A stretch of 64,000 nt of DNA, taken from positions 515,352 to 579,351 of the forward strand of contig CAVVLO010000003.1 of NCBI GenBank assembly GCA_963749155.1, given 5' to 3'. Source of the DNA: an uncultured Armatimonadia bacterium. Its GTDB lineage: Bacteria; Armatimonadota; Zipacnadia; CAVVLO01. How positions within the stretch are numbered: position 1 is the stretch's first letter; the number at the start of each line of letters is the position of its first letter. The notes beneath the pieces are model-generated. The model made no database searches. It was given only the letters and a program-made list of their open reading frames with translations, and was not told the DNA's origin. The translations under genes were made by a program, and so were the position numbers. Below are positions 1 to 10,712 of this stretch, one piece after another.

Positions 1-1
1 G

Positions 2-1361
2 ATGGAGACACCCCATCGCTATCCCCCGCCCGAGCAGGTCGCCGTGCTAAGTCGCTACGTGGCGGCGCGCTACAGCTCTTTCGAGGTGATCTTGTCGCCG
101 AGTTTCGACAGCGGCATCCACGCGGACATCACCGAGGCCGCGGCCCAGGCAGTCCGGGAGGCGGCCCCTGACAACCTGATCACGATGCACGAGGGCACAG
201 GTGTCGGGCCGTACTTCCACTCGGCGGATTGGCTCTCTTTCGATATGTACCAGAGCGGCCACAACGGCGGAGATGCCGCCAGGCAGTCGGCGCGAGCGAT
301 TGGGATGGCCGCCGAGGTGCTGGCTCTCACCCCGCGCAAGCCGCTCGTCAACGGAGAGGCCATCTACGAGGGCGATCTGGGCAGCGCGTATGACGTGCGG
401 CGCACGGCCTGGCTCACTTTCCTGTCAGGCGCGGTGGGCTACACCGCCGGCATCAACGAGGTCTACTCCTGGGAGCCTGACGTGATGAGCAGGCTGGATG
501 TGCCCTCGAGCGATATGATGGCCCTGCTTGGCCGGCTGCTGCGGACACTGCCCTGGTGGACTTTCGAAGCAGCGCCTGAGCGCCTGCTCAACCAGCCCGA
601 AGACCGCGCGCTCCTGATGGCTTTCACGCTGACCCTGGACAAATCGCTTGGGCCTGGCCTATCTGCCCAACAATGAGGGGATAATCCTCGACCTGTCAGG
701 TTGCCTGGAAACGTATGCTGCCCTCTGGATAAACCCGGCGACAGGCCAGAGAGTCGATGGGGCGGAGGTTATGTCTTCCGCAAGGACAACACTGATCCCG
801 CCTGACAGGCGCGACTGGCTGCTGGTGCTTGCGAAGCCGGATTCCGAGCCCCTGAAGCGCCTCAAGCAGGGCTTCAAACGGGGTGTTGAGAGTCGCGAGC
901 CGGTGGCCTCGATCGTCTTCGACGGGAAGACGCCCACTAATGGCCTTGTGCAGAAGAGCCCCGCCGATGGCGTGTGGACTCCTACCTCCCTCGCGGGGGT
1001 TGGGTGCCTCGCCAACGAGAATCCAGCGCGCAACAGTTATCTCTATTTCGACGTGGACGACCGCCTGGCGTTCCGGGACGGGGTAGCCCTGATGCGGGTA
1101 GAGGTCCGACTGCGCTCTGACGCCCCTCTGACAGGCCTGCAGCTTCAGTATGACGCCCGGGGACCAGCCGAGGTAGATACCCGCTACCAGCCAGTTGCCC
1201 CGGCCTCAAAGACCCAGGACGGCGACTGGACCGTAGTAATCTTCGAGGCTCCCACCCCGTATCTGGGCAACCGGGAGAACAGCGGAGCGGACTTCCGGCT
1301 CTTCTTCAACCGCGAACTCGTCCACGTGGCCTCAGTGGAGGTGCGCCTCGAAGGCGACTAG
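2..1361 (+). CDS. DUF4038/apiosidase-like glycoside hydrolase with C-terminal collagen-binding-like and extra beta domain (5' partial, one frameshift near 648-676)
   Basis: Motifs WLSFDMYQSGH, KPLVNGEAIYEG and YDVRRTAWLTFLSGAVGYTAG, then AYLP...WINPATG...DWLLVL. ORFs 2..676 and 648..1361 overlap out of frame. Confidence 0.65.
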
Positions 1362-1408
1362 CGTAGCGCCCTTCCCTGTGAAGTGTGAAAGGCCAGACAG
1401 AAACGCCG

Positions 1409-1435
1409 AGGGAGGCCCTGAAAAAGGGCCTCCCT
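1409..1435. terminator. Hairpin between convergent genes
   Basis: AGGGAGGCCCT-gaaaa-AGGGCCTCCCT, a perfect 11-bp stem. Confidence 0.6.
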
Positions 1436-1609
1436 TATTGTCTCTGTCGGCTCCGTTGTATCGGGCCACTCTTGTCCCGATACCAGGGCTAAGGCCCTGC
1501 GCGTCTACCTCTTCCTCAGCTTCACGGCGAGGAAGATGACGCAGCAAGCCCGCCAAGGCGGCGAGGGCGTAGGGTATGGATTGTTGTTGAGATTTATCCT
1601 GCACATTCG

Positions 1610-2257
1610 CTAGAGGAAGGCAGTTCTAAGCGTCACTGGGCGAATACCAGCGATTGGGGGAGGTGAACTCATCTGGCCCGTGTTAGCATCTAGGACGACG
1701 CCTTCACTTTCTGGTAGTCCGTCACTGGATCCAGCTTCCGGGTGCTTTGTCCGGATAATGTTGATGTTGTAGAAGGCGCCAGGAGTAGGCAGCTTCATGT
1801 AGCCCTTTGGATTATTCGAATAGTAAAGGCCTGGCGTTTCCTCTGGGGCATATGCGCCTCTCTCTTGTAATTCAGTTTCAGTAAGTCCGGTAGTGGCGGA
1901 CATACGCCGAAGTGCCTCGCTCACAGCCATATTACAGGCTTCTTCAGCTGATAACCTTACATCGCCAATTGTAAGATTCGGGATAGGTTCTTCACCTGCT
2001 GTAAATGAAATAACACCCTTCCCGTCGTCAGTCAGCCGCATACTCAAACTGGGTGGTATGCGACAGCCTTCTTGCCTGCCTGCAAATGATACCTGCCTTG
2101 CATGTGTTTCATGTAGAACACGTGCCGTCAGTTGTTCCACGTTGTAGCTTCCCGGGACAAGCTGCTTTGCGAAGGCCCTGGCTTTGGCAACTAAGTCATC
2201 ATCCGAGATAGTAATGCCCGGAAACCGACTTGCTCGGATGATGTAGGCTGTAATCAT
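1610..2257 (-). CDS. Hypothetical protein (AT-richer; true start may lie upstream behind a frameshift)
   Basis: 215-aa ORF with protein-like composition and no recognised motif. Confidence 0.45.
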   Translation of the reverse strand: MITAYIIRASRFPGITISDDDLVAKARAFAKQLVPGSYNVEQLTARVLHETHARQVSFAGRQEGCRIPPSLSMRLTDDGKGVISFTAGEEPIPNLTIGDVRLSAEEACNMAVSEALRRMSATTGLTETELQERGAYAPEETPGLYYSNNPKGYMKLPTPGAFYNINIIRTKHPEAGSSDGLPESEGVVLDANTGQMSSPPPIAGIRPVTLRTAFL

Positions 2258-2501
2258 AATAACGCTTCAGAAGCTCGCTACTGCTCTGAAATTCTACTTC
2301 CGGCTGGCGGTGTTCACCCAAGCCCGTCACAATGAAGCAGGCTGGATCTTTTGTTTGCTTCAATGTCAGCTAGACACAGAACAGCCAGTAAGTAATGCAA
2401 TAGCAGCTTTACCTGTAAGGGGATCTTCTGTTGCATAACTCACAGTTACATGTAACGATATACTGAGTATACATAATGTAACTAAAAATACTAGTTGTTT
2501 C

Positions 2502-3429
2502 CTATTGCGGTGGTACATCATAATACACCCCAGCTAGAGTGCCGTTGATGACTACATTATCCGTCTCGGCAACAAGGCCTTCAATCGGCCTCCGCAAGAT
2601 CGATGTTTTCTGTGTCTTGGCACCAAGCGATCGCACCATATGTTGCCTGTGAAGCCGACTGGTTTGCCTCAAGCATTCGATACCAGAATTGGTCCCCAAA
2701 GCTGTCAGCGACTTCTCCACAGACCAACACGACAGTCCATCCGATAGCACAGTCGGCACGCAATCCCCACTGCTTCCTCCAGCAGGCTGCGCGCGTAGGT
2801 CATCCACGCCTCGGGCAAGCCATAAAAGACGCAGCTACAGGCGTGGCCTTTCTCCAGCTCGCGCCAGCAGCGGATCTCGTCCACGTAGACGAACACGATA
2901 TCGGGCCGTTGCGGCTGGTGCATCAGTTGCTGCACGAGGCCATCTTCTGCGAGCCAGTTACGTTCCTTGTCCTGATACGAGTTAGCCCATCTTCGATCAA
3001 GACCGATCCGGGTGATGCGGTAGGATACGCGATTCATCTTGAAGACTGACTGGCTCGAAGGCGGCGTGCCCCCGTAGACCGGTCTAGGTAAGTGGATCTG
3101 ACTGGTGGATATGCTGCCGAAGCCACTCGCCACTTGTACGCGCCCAACGTTGTGCCCATCCGCTGATCGAACCACCGATACCCAGTACCACGCCGGAGGC
3201 CTCCGACAGCTCTACATTGGTGAGGTTGATGGTACCGCCTGCTGGATTGCCAAAATCGAAGGCTAGCTCAGCCAGCACCCGTAGGTGGCGGCTCCGATAG
3301 TGGCGCCAGTGTTAGGCCAGATGACACTCAACGTAACTGTGGGAGCGGCGTGACATACCCCCCCCAAGATGTTAAAGCAACAAGCGCAATCAGCGCCATC
3401 AGTGAGACGGTGAAGCGTTTCAAAGACAT
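2502..3429 (-). CDS. Secreted hypothetical protein, multiply frameshifted (or a pseudogene)
   Basis: ATG at 3429, next to GGGAG, gives the signal peptide MSLKRFTVSLMALIALVALTSWGG. It joins VCHAAPTVTLSV... only if the G8 run at 3358-3365 were G9. It continues through ORF pieces 3084..3278, 2705..3175 and 2502..2807. Confidence 0.4.
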
Positions 3430-3686
3430 CACTCCCATCTTTCAGATTGATGCTGCATGAAACCCTTTGTGTCTCGTGCGCGCGCCTTGCTTCCCTCCTT
3501 TGGCGGTCGTTACCCGATATGCGCTTCTCACCCAAATACAGTCTACCACTATTCTGGTTTTCCGCAACCCCTCCGGATAAGAAAGACAACTCTGTTGCAT
3601 AAAAAATATTAACTTGTGCGTTTACAACTGGCCCCAGAGACCTGCTCCCTTGCGCAGGGCGAGTCAGTATCACAGCGAAACCGGAC

Positions 3687-5147
3687 TCAGGCGAACTCCT
3701 CCGGATGACGCTTGCGGAGGGCTTCGCTAGCCCAACCGCGTTCTGTCTTCTCGAGCCAATCACAATAACGCTTGAGCTGGCCGCGCGCGTGATGCGGCCC
3801 GCCCTCGCGCATTACCTTCCACATCGGATCGATGTCATAATCGCTGGTGGCCATCTGGGCCTCTTGCCAGTCGAGGATCAGCTTCGAGCCGCGTTCGCAT
3901 ACTTCGGGGAAGTGTTCGGCCACATTGCCCTGTTCATGCGGGTCGGTGTCCAGCTTGTAGAGCATATCCTCGGGGAACAGGTGGAACCCGTCGTGGATGG
4001 TGCGCGTGTACAGCCAGTCGTCGAACCGGGCGCTACGCTGACAGACATGCACGCATTGGCTGACGACGATATGGTCTCGCGAGGCCTCGGCGCCGTTGCT
4101 GATGGCGGGCGCAAAGCTCTGGCCATCCCAGCGGTTGGGCATACTCACGCCCAGCAATTCGGCCAGCGTGGGCATCAGGTCTATATTCAGATGCAGGCCG
4201 GTATCCACATGGGCTTTCTTCGCATCGGGCCAGCGGATGATAAGCGGGATATGAGTCGTGATCTCATCGGCGGTCGCATGCTCGCCCCAGATGCCAAGTT
4301 CGCCCAGGTTCTCGCCGTGGTCGGCGCTGATGATGATGGTCAGGTCGTCCATCACGCCCTGCTTCGCCAGCGCCTCGAAGAGCATCCCGATGTGCCCGTC
4401 CACATAGCGGACCCCGCAGTCGTAGCCGTCAATCATCCGGCGGACGTCTTTCATATCGCACAGCTCGCCGGGATGCCGGGGATAGCGCGGGTTGGTCACA
4501 TTGTCGTACATATTGATTTCGCGCGCGCCGTGAGGGCCGGCCATCTGGCGATGCTGCTCCAGCACCTCGGGGGTCAGCCACGCGGGCAACGGGTCATCGG
4601 CGAAGGGGTCGCCGAAGGCTTCGGGCGCCCGGTACGGGGTATGGGGATCCCAGTAGTTGACATGGAGGAACCAGTTGTCCTCCTTGGCGTTCTGCTCAAT
4701 CCATCTGAGAGCGGTCGGAGTGATGTCTTCGGCCGATTCCATCCCGCCCTTGCCCGTATTGTAGTATTCGGTGAAGGCGGCCAGGAACCACCAGGCGCCG
4801 TGGCGCTCGGCGAAGGGGCTGATGGTGACAGGCTTGAGGCCCGCGCGCTTCAGCATCGCGCCCATCCCTTCGTTGGCCATCCGGTCGCGGAACCCGCGCG
4901 AGGAACCTTGCAGCCACATATCTCCGCAGGTGCCCCCGTGGCCGACGACTCCCGTGTGGATGCCATACCGCCCGCTCATCAGCGCCGCCCGAGAAGGCAT
5001 ACAAGGCGCATCGGAGCAGTGATAATGCGAGAACCGCACGCCCTGCCCGGCGATCTCGTCGATATTGGGCGAGGTGTCTCGGTGGTAGCCATAACAGCCC
5101 AGGTGGTCGGGCCGCAGAGTATCAATATCGAGGAATAGTACGCGCAA
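3687..5147 (-). CDS. Sulfatase (S1, Cys-type, choline-sulfatase-like), cytoplasmic
   Basis: N-terminal VLFLDIDTLRPDHLGCYGY, formylglycine motif CMPSR, DPHTPY and SADHGE. TTG start with a GGGGG RBS. Confidence 0.92.
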   Translation of the reverse strand: MRVLFLDIDTLRPDHLGCYGYHRDTSPNIDEIAGQGVRFSHYHCSDAPCMPSRAALMSGRYGIHTGVVGHGGTCGDMWLQGSSRGFRDRMANEGMGAMLKRAGLKPVTISPFAERHGAWWFLAAFTEYYNTGKGGMESAEDITPTALRWIEQNAKEDNWFLHVNYWDPHTPYRAPEAFGDPFADDPLPAWLTPEVLEQHRQMAGPHGAREINMYDNVTNPRYPRHPGELCDMKDVRRMIDGYDCGVRYVDGHIGMLFEALAKQGVMDDLTIIISADHGENLGELGIWGEHATADEITTHIPLIIRWPDAKKAHVDTGLHLNIDLMPTLAELLGVSMPNRWDGQSFAPAISNGAEASRDHIVVSQCVHVCQRSARFDDWLYTRTIHDGFHLFPEDMLYKLDTDPHEQGNVAEHFPEVCERGSKLILDWQEAQMATSDYDIDPMWKVMREGGPHHARGQLKRYCDWLEKTERGWASEALRKRHPEEFA

Positions 5148-5272
5148 CTGAGTTCCCCCCTGAAGGATGCAATCTATATTCCAGACCCTGGCTAGCTCTC
5201 TAGTTCGCTTGGAGCGTGCTTATACCTTTTACCGATGATATAATCCGCTCTGCATAACCGCCAGTAAAAGGA

Positions 5273-6169
5273 GTGGTTTCCAGAATGCAGTTGCTTGTAG
5301 CGCCTGATCTACGGACACGATTTTTCCTCTGTTGTTTCTTATTCCTGTTAGTCAGTTCTTGTCTTGTGGGATGTGGAGGCGGCAACGACGGCCCCGACCT
5401 GCGTAGCACTCTAGTCTTTGTCTCGTATCGTGATGGCAATAATCAGCTCTATGCGATGGATGAAAACGGCGACGATCTGATCCGTCTCACAAACAACCTG
5501 TTCTATGATAGCGATCCAGCAATCTCACCAGATGGCGCCAAGATTGCTTTTGTGCGTCGTGAAGGGACTGGGGACGCCGAAATATATGTAATGGACAGCA
5601 CCGGCGAGAACGAAGTAAACATTACCAATGATCCTGGTAACGATTACAATCCTTCCTGGTCTCCTGATGGCTCCAAAATCGTGTTCCATAGTGGACGCAC
5701 TGGGACTTGGCAGATTTTCGTGATAGACGCCGATGGTGGTAATGTGACCCAGGTTACCACAACCCCCCATAACTACTATCCCTGCTGGTCACCTGTCAGC
5801 GACTGGGTAGTCTATACCAGCAATAGAAACGGGAGCGGAGACGTTTATACAATCAACGTCGATGGGACTGGTGAATACCAACTCACCACTGGGGGCAATG
5901 AGGACTGGGAGCCAGCCTGGTCTCCTGATGGAGAACATATTGCCTTCAGTAGAGACGGAGCCCTCTGGGCAATGGAAGAAGACGGCAGTGATCAACACCA
6001 AGTGCTTACTGGTACTGCTGGCTCCCCAACCTGGTCTCCTGATGGCAGTCAGTTGGCCTTATCGGGTCAAGGTGACATCTATAAGGTAGATTCCGATGGA
6101 GCCAATCTTACCCAGCTTACGGATGAGATCGAAGACAAGCAGCCTGACTGGGGTATGCTCTTGAGATAG
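5273..6169 (+). CDS. TolB-like PD40/WD40 beta-propeller lipoprotein
   Basis: Lipobox LVGC-GGG and five to six repeats of PxWSPDGxxIxF. Confidence 0.85.
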   Translation: MVSRMQLLVAPDLRTRFFLCCFLFLLVSSCLVGCGGGNDGPDLRSTLVFVSYRDGNNQLYAMDENGDDLIRLTNNLFYDSDPAISPDGAKIAFVRREGTGDAEIYVMDSTGENEVNITNDPGNDYNPSWSPDGSKIVFHSGRTGTWQIFVIDADGGNVTQVTTTPHNYYPCWSPVSDWVVYTSNRNGSGDVYTINVDGTGEYQLTTGGNEDWEPAWSPDGEHIAFSRDGALWAMEEDGSDQHQVLTGTAGSPTWSPDGSQLALSGQGDIYKVDSDGANLTQLTDEIEDKQPDWGMLLR

Positions 6170-6189
6170 CCTGCAAGTGATCGAGATAC

Positions 6190-6228
6190 AAAAGCCAGCT
6201 GGAGCTTGCGCTCCGGCTGGTTTTTTTT
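6190..6228. terminator. Bidirectional rho-independent terminator
   Basis: AAAAGCCAGCTGGAGC-ttgc-GCTCCGGCTGGTTTTTTTT between convergent genes. Confidence 0.8.
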
Positions 6229-6240
6229 CGACTGGTATTG

Positions 6241-7951
6241 TTACTGGATGAAATACAGCAGTCCATCGTTGAAGTGTAGCGCAGCGAGCTCCGCGGGAGG
6301 AGGAGGGATAGGCGGACCTTCGATGACCACCGGCAGGATGGCTTCGAGCCCCTTGTGATCCAGCGCGTAGTGCCATTCGCGTCCAACCCAGTCGGAGTGA
6401 CTGGCTGCCGTAGACCAGAACAGCAGGAACACATCAGCCTCGTCTATATGATGGTAGAGGGACTTCTCCCATAACTCTCCCGGCTGCAGGTCGAGTATGT
6501 CCTGGAAGAATCCGATTCCGGCAGTTTTTAGCATCTGGACGCGCTTAAGCACTTCCGGCCGGTCCTGCGAGGCATAAGATACGAAGGCTTTGGAGAAGCG
6601 TTTGGCTTCGCCGGCTGGCGCCAGGGGTATCTGCGATTTAACTGGCGCGCCCTCAGCCACCCTCAGGCCGAAGGAGATGCGCCCGATGGGCACGGAGTTT
6701 TGGCTAACCGTAAGGGTGCCCACCGCAAGACCTGGCTCATCGCCCATAGTGACTGTGAAGCTGGCGTAGCAGGGACGCCCCTCCCAGACAACCTCATATG
6801 GGGGGGAGGTGGCTTCCAAAGCTCCCTCGAAGGAGAGACTCAGCGTGACCTTGTCGCCGACGACAAGGCGAGTTCCCAGCGAGGTCCAGCCGCGCTTCGC
6901 GGCTGTTTCGTCAAACTGGAGCGCCTGCCGCTCTGCCTCTTCGGCCTGCTCGGGCCTGTACAGCCAGGCCTGGACGAAGGTCGCCTCCCTTGGCCGCGTG
7001 GGCTCCTTCGGCGCGAACACGGAGCAGTCAACGGGCTCACCGTGGGCGTCTAACTCGGGAGATCCTCGGTTTATGCCTTCGGTGTTCCACGGCGTTCCGG
7101 GCACCGGTCAGGTCGGGCAGTGGCTCTACATAGTCTGCCGTTACACCTGGCCCCGGCTCCTCATCTATTAGCAGCAGAGGATCTTCGTCATAGTAGATCT
7201 CTTCCGAAGGTCCCAGCACCCAGTCTGTAACCCGGCCAAGCCAGGAACGCTTGGGGGGGTTGGGTTCCGCCTCGTCGGCGAAGGCGGTGTCGAAGGTGTC
7301 GTCCAGGATTTCAGTGACCTGAGGGTCCGGTCCGAGGTTAAGGACGGGTCGGCAGCGTGCTCGGTGTCCCTGACAAGTGCTTGGCTTCCTCGAGCCGCTT
7401 GTGGAGATCGAGCCCCAAGCTGGGCAGAGCTTGCCTCCTGTCAGCTGGGTGATTAAGACGCAGCCGAAGGAACGACGAGCGTTTCGTCTCGGAGACTAGC
7501 CGATTGCAGTCCAGGCCTGGCCGTCCAGGGTCCATGTCCGGTCAAGTAGTGAGCTGACCTCGGTCTCACTCAGCACGGAGGAAAGCCCGCATTCGAGCAG
7601 TGCGTGGGCAGTGGCGTGAAGGAGTGCCCGCACGAGTTGCTTCGTAGTATCCGAGCAAACCCCTGCGTCCGTGATCTGCAATCGTACGCTCTGAGGGGGC
7701 TCTGCAGAGTCTCCCAAAACCGCGATGGTCATGGCCCGGAGAGGTACCCCTGGGCTAAGCCGAAGGTCGGTTCCCACTTGCTGCGCTGCGGAAGACCAGT
7801 AGAGGATGATATCGGAGGCCTCAGAGCTGGCACTCGAGTTCGGAGGGGAATCGGAGAAGCCCAGCGAGCATCGCCGTGAGGCCCTCCTGCCGGGAGCGCC
7901 TCGAGCAGCCGTCGCATCCTGATAGTCGGTCGCAAAGAGGAGTATAACCAC
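6241..7951 (-). CDS. TIR-domain protein (C-terminal TIR_2), N-terminal part frameshifted
   Basis: AFVSYASQDRPEV...FFQDILDLQPGELWEKSLYHHIDEADVFLLFWSTAASHSDWVGREWHYAL. Upstream pieces 7496..8050, 7338..7535 and 7037..7219 can be chained from the GTG at 7951. Confidence 0.8.
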
Positions 7952-7973
7952 CCTCAGCCCCTCCCCGCCAGAA

Positions 7974-8007
7974 GATGGGAGGGCCAGCTTTCGCCGGCCC
8001 TCCCCCA
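7974..8007 (-). terminator. Hairpin directly after the GH4 stop codon
   Basis: GGGAGGGCC(GGC-gaaa-GCT)GGCCCTCCC on the minus strand, with a weak U-tract. Confidence 0.45.
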
Positions 8008-8015
8008 CTTGCTGC

Positions 8016-9434
8016 TTAGTCCTTCGCCAGTTCTCCGAAGCGGTTGGCAATCGCGAGCGCCGGGTCGAGAGGCACCTCGGCCGGCACGATGTCGGCGGGT
8101 ATGGAGATGATCGGCAGTGGCTTCAGGGCGTCCGCCTCGAACTGCGGCAGCCACTCGGCCTCGGCCTTGAGCATTTCCCTGGTCATCTCGCGAGCCTCAT
8201 ACAGTGTGCAGACCGCCGAGGTCAGCGGATCCATCGCGACCGCCTGAGCGGCCATCTCGGCGTTGCCGGTGAGCGCGGCTTCCACCGTCAGCCCGTGCAC
8301 CTGGGCATTGCTCATATTCATCGCGGCGCACTGGGGGGGCAAATCGCCTACTGTCAGCGGATGCAGGCCCATCCTGTCGGCGTACATCGGCACCTCTACA
8401 CACGAGCCCCACGGCAGATTGGTGATATAGCCATCGTTGCGCACATTGCCGTTGAAGCGGAAAGGCTTGTCCAGGGAGATTGCCTCGATGATATGCGAGC
8501 AATACTCCGCGCTGCGAGGCTGTAGTTGCTTGCTTTCGCGGGTAAGTGGGTCCACAGCGGCGAATTTATCCGCGATCATCTTGCTGTACTTGTAATAAGC
8601 GCCGCTGGCTCCGCCGAAGTCCGGCATATCACAGTACAGGTCGAGGGCCTTGCGGTTCTTGCGGAACCACGGCACATACTCCGACAGGTGCCCGGTGCTT
8701 TCGGTCATAAAGTATCCGAAGTGGCGGAACACCTCGCCGCGCACTTTCTCATTTATGTAGTATTCGGGCAGCTCGAACTTGGCGCGCAGGTCGGGATAGA
8801 GGTCGCGCCCCTCGTGGTACAGCTCGAGGAACCAGCCCATATGGTTGGTGCCCGCGCAAAGGAAGTCTATCTCTTCCTTCGGCACCTCGCAGTAGCCCGA
8901 AATCAGGTCGAGAGTTGTCTGCACGCCGTGGCAGAGGCCCACGAACTTTAGCCCTTCCACCATCCCGAGCGCATAACAGCACATTGACATCGGGTTGACG
9001 TAGTTGAGCATCGTGGCGTCCGGGCACAGCTCGCTCATATCCTGAGCCATATCCATCAGCACCGGGATGCTGCGCAAAGCGCGGAAGATGCCGCCAGGGC
9101 CAATCGTGTCGCCGATGCACTGGTCTACGCCATACTTGAGAGGTATCTCGTAGTCCCACTGGAAGGCGTCCACCCCTCCAACCTGGATCATATTGACCAC
9201 GAAATCGGCCCCCGCCATTGCTTCTCGGCGGTCGAGGGTTGCCTCAATCGTGGCTGGCAGGTTGTTCTCCTTCACCACGTCCTGGGCGAAGGCCTCGATG
9301 CGCCGAAGCTTCGGCTCGGTGCGATTCATCAGCACGAGAGTGCTGTCCTCGAGCCCTGGCGTTGCCAGGAGGTCCATCATCAGAGTCTTGGCGAAGACAA
9401 GGCTGCCCGCGCCAATCATTGCGATGCGTGCCAT
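8016..9434 (-). CDS. melA: NAD+-dependent alpha-galactosidase/alpha-glucosidase, GH4
   Basis: MARIAMIGAGS Rossmann motif, plus GDTIGPGG, NYVNP, GLCHG, GTNH and TESTGHLSEY. Confidence 0.9.
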   Translation of the reverse strand: MARIAMIGAGSLVFAKTLMMDLLATPGLEDSTLVLMNRTEPKLRRIEAFAQDVVKENNLPATIEATLDRREAMAGADFVVNMIQVGGVDAFQWDYEIPLKYGVDQCIGDTIGPGGIFRALRSIPVLMDMAQDMSELCPDATMLNYVNPMSMCCYALGMVEGLKFVGLCHGVQTTLDLISGYCEVPKEEIDFLCAGTNHMGWFLELYHEGRDLYPDLRAKFELPEYYINEKVRGEVFRHFGYFMTESTGHLSEYVPWFRKNRKALDLYCDMPDFGGASGAYYKYSKMIADKFAAVDPLTRESKQLQPRSAEYCSHIIEAISLDKPFRFNGNVRNDGYITNLPWGSCVEVPMYADRMGLHPLTVGDLPPQCAAMNMSNAQVHGLTVEAALTGNAEMAAQAVAMDPLTSAVCTLYEAREMTREMLKAEAEWLPQFEADALKPLPIISIPADIVPAEVPLDPALAIANRFGELAKD

Positions 9435-9435
9435 A

Positions 9436-10533
9436 TTAGCCTCCCACGTTTTCAGGGCCCAGGTTGCGGAAGATAAACAGCCCTTCCTTCCCTGCGGCCA
9501 CGATGTCAAGCCGGCCAGTGCCGTCCAGATCCACCACTTCGAAGAAGATGCCAGTGCCAGAGTGCGCGCCAATCTTGCCATAGTCTATGACGCACTTGGT
9601 GAAGCTCTCGCCGTTCCACTTGAAGTACCACAGGCCCACGATGTCGGTCTCGCCAGGCTCATGACCGCAGTGCGCGCGGAAGCGGTTGCCAGTCACGAGT
9701 TCACATTCGCCGTCGTTGTCGATGTCTACCCACCACATATCATGGTACTGGGAGAACCAGGGGTCTATGGGGTGCTTGGTCCACTTGCGCGAACCATCGG
9801 GCTGCGGCTCGTTCTGATACCAGTCAAGCCCGTAGCCATGCGCCTGGCCAACGATCAGCTCGTTGAGGCCATCGCCGTTGATGTCCGTCACGATCATCGG
9901 CACGCTGGAGTTGCCTGTGTCGAACTCCGCATGGAAGGTCCAGGGGTCTTTGAGCGGGTCATCGCCAGGCTCCCAGAAGCCATTAGGGCAGATGAGGCAG
10001 CCCTTGCCGTTGTTCATTATGTCGCCAAAGCCGAGGCCATGGCCCGAGGGTTGCTCCGACACGACATACTTGCCGAACTCGCCAACGCCCTTGCCCTCGG
10101 TGTCCCGGATAAGCTTGTAGAAGACCAACGGGCTGCCGGGGGTATTGGGGACTATCTCAAGCTCGCCATCCCGGTCGACATCCCAGGCGCGGGTGGTCTC
10201 GATAGAGCCGCATTTGTCCAAATCGTGCGTTGTCCACTCGACCGGCTGGCCCTGGGGATTCTCGCGCCACTGGACCATCTGGCCCCACCAGCCGCCGGTG
10301 ACGAAATCGAGATAGCCGTCTCCGTTGATATCCATCGCGATGGTGGAGAAATCGTCGTAATACTCATCCGCGGCCATAACATCGCACAGCTTGTGCTTCG
10401 TCCAGTTTGGGCCTTCATACCAGAAGGCGCCACTCACGATATCGAGCTGGCCATCGTTGTTTACGTCGAATACACCGACCGACTCGTACCGCTCATCACT
10501 AAGTTTGATCTTCTCCCACTCAATACGTCTCAT
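9436..10533 (-). CDS. FG-GAP/VCBS-repeat beta-propeller protein, no signal peptide
   Basis: Repeated D(V/I)NGDGxxD motifs. Its stop lies 1 nt before the GH4 start. Confidence 0.8.
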   Translation of the reverse strand: MRRIEWEKIKLSDERYESVGVFDVNNDGQLDIVSGAFWYEGPNWTKHKLCDVMAADEYYDDFSTIAMDINGDGYLDFVTGGWWGQMVQWRENPQGQPVEWTTHDLDKCGSIETTRAWDVDRDGELEIVPNTPGSPLVFYKLIRDTEGKGVGEFGKYVVSEQPSGHGLGFGDIMNNGKGCLICPNGFWEPGDDPLKDPWTFHAEFDTGNSSVPMIVTDINGDGLNELIVGQAHGYGLDWYQNEPQPDGSRKWTKHPIDPWFSQYHDMWWVDIDNDGECELVTGNRFRAHCGHEPGETDIVGLWYFKWNGESFTKCVIDYGKIGAHSGTGIFFEVVDLDGTGRLDIVAAGKEGLFIFRNLGPENVGG

Positions 10534-10712
10534 CAAGTAAAAGCCTCCAGCCAGCAAAGAAAGTCAGCGCCCGCCGGGAGCGCGCCCGCGTCGCAGTTAG
10601 GCAGCTATTCTCGCTCCCTGGATGCCTTCCTGCCAAGGCTTGCGGCTTTCTGGGCGCAGGGAGAACCAATTTGCTGTCAAAGTAATGGGCGTCCGTATCA
10701 GGAGGGGAGTCT

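Noticed and set aside
3705-5138. 477-aa plus-strand ORF
   Set aside because: Antisense shadow of the sulfatase, typical of high-GC3 genes, with no motifs.
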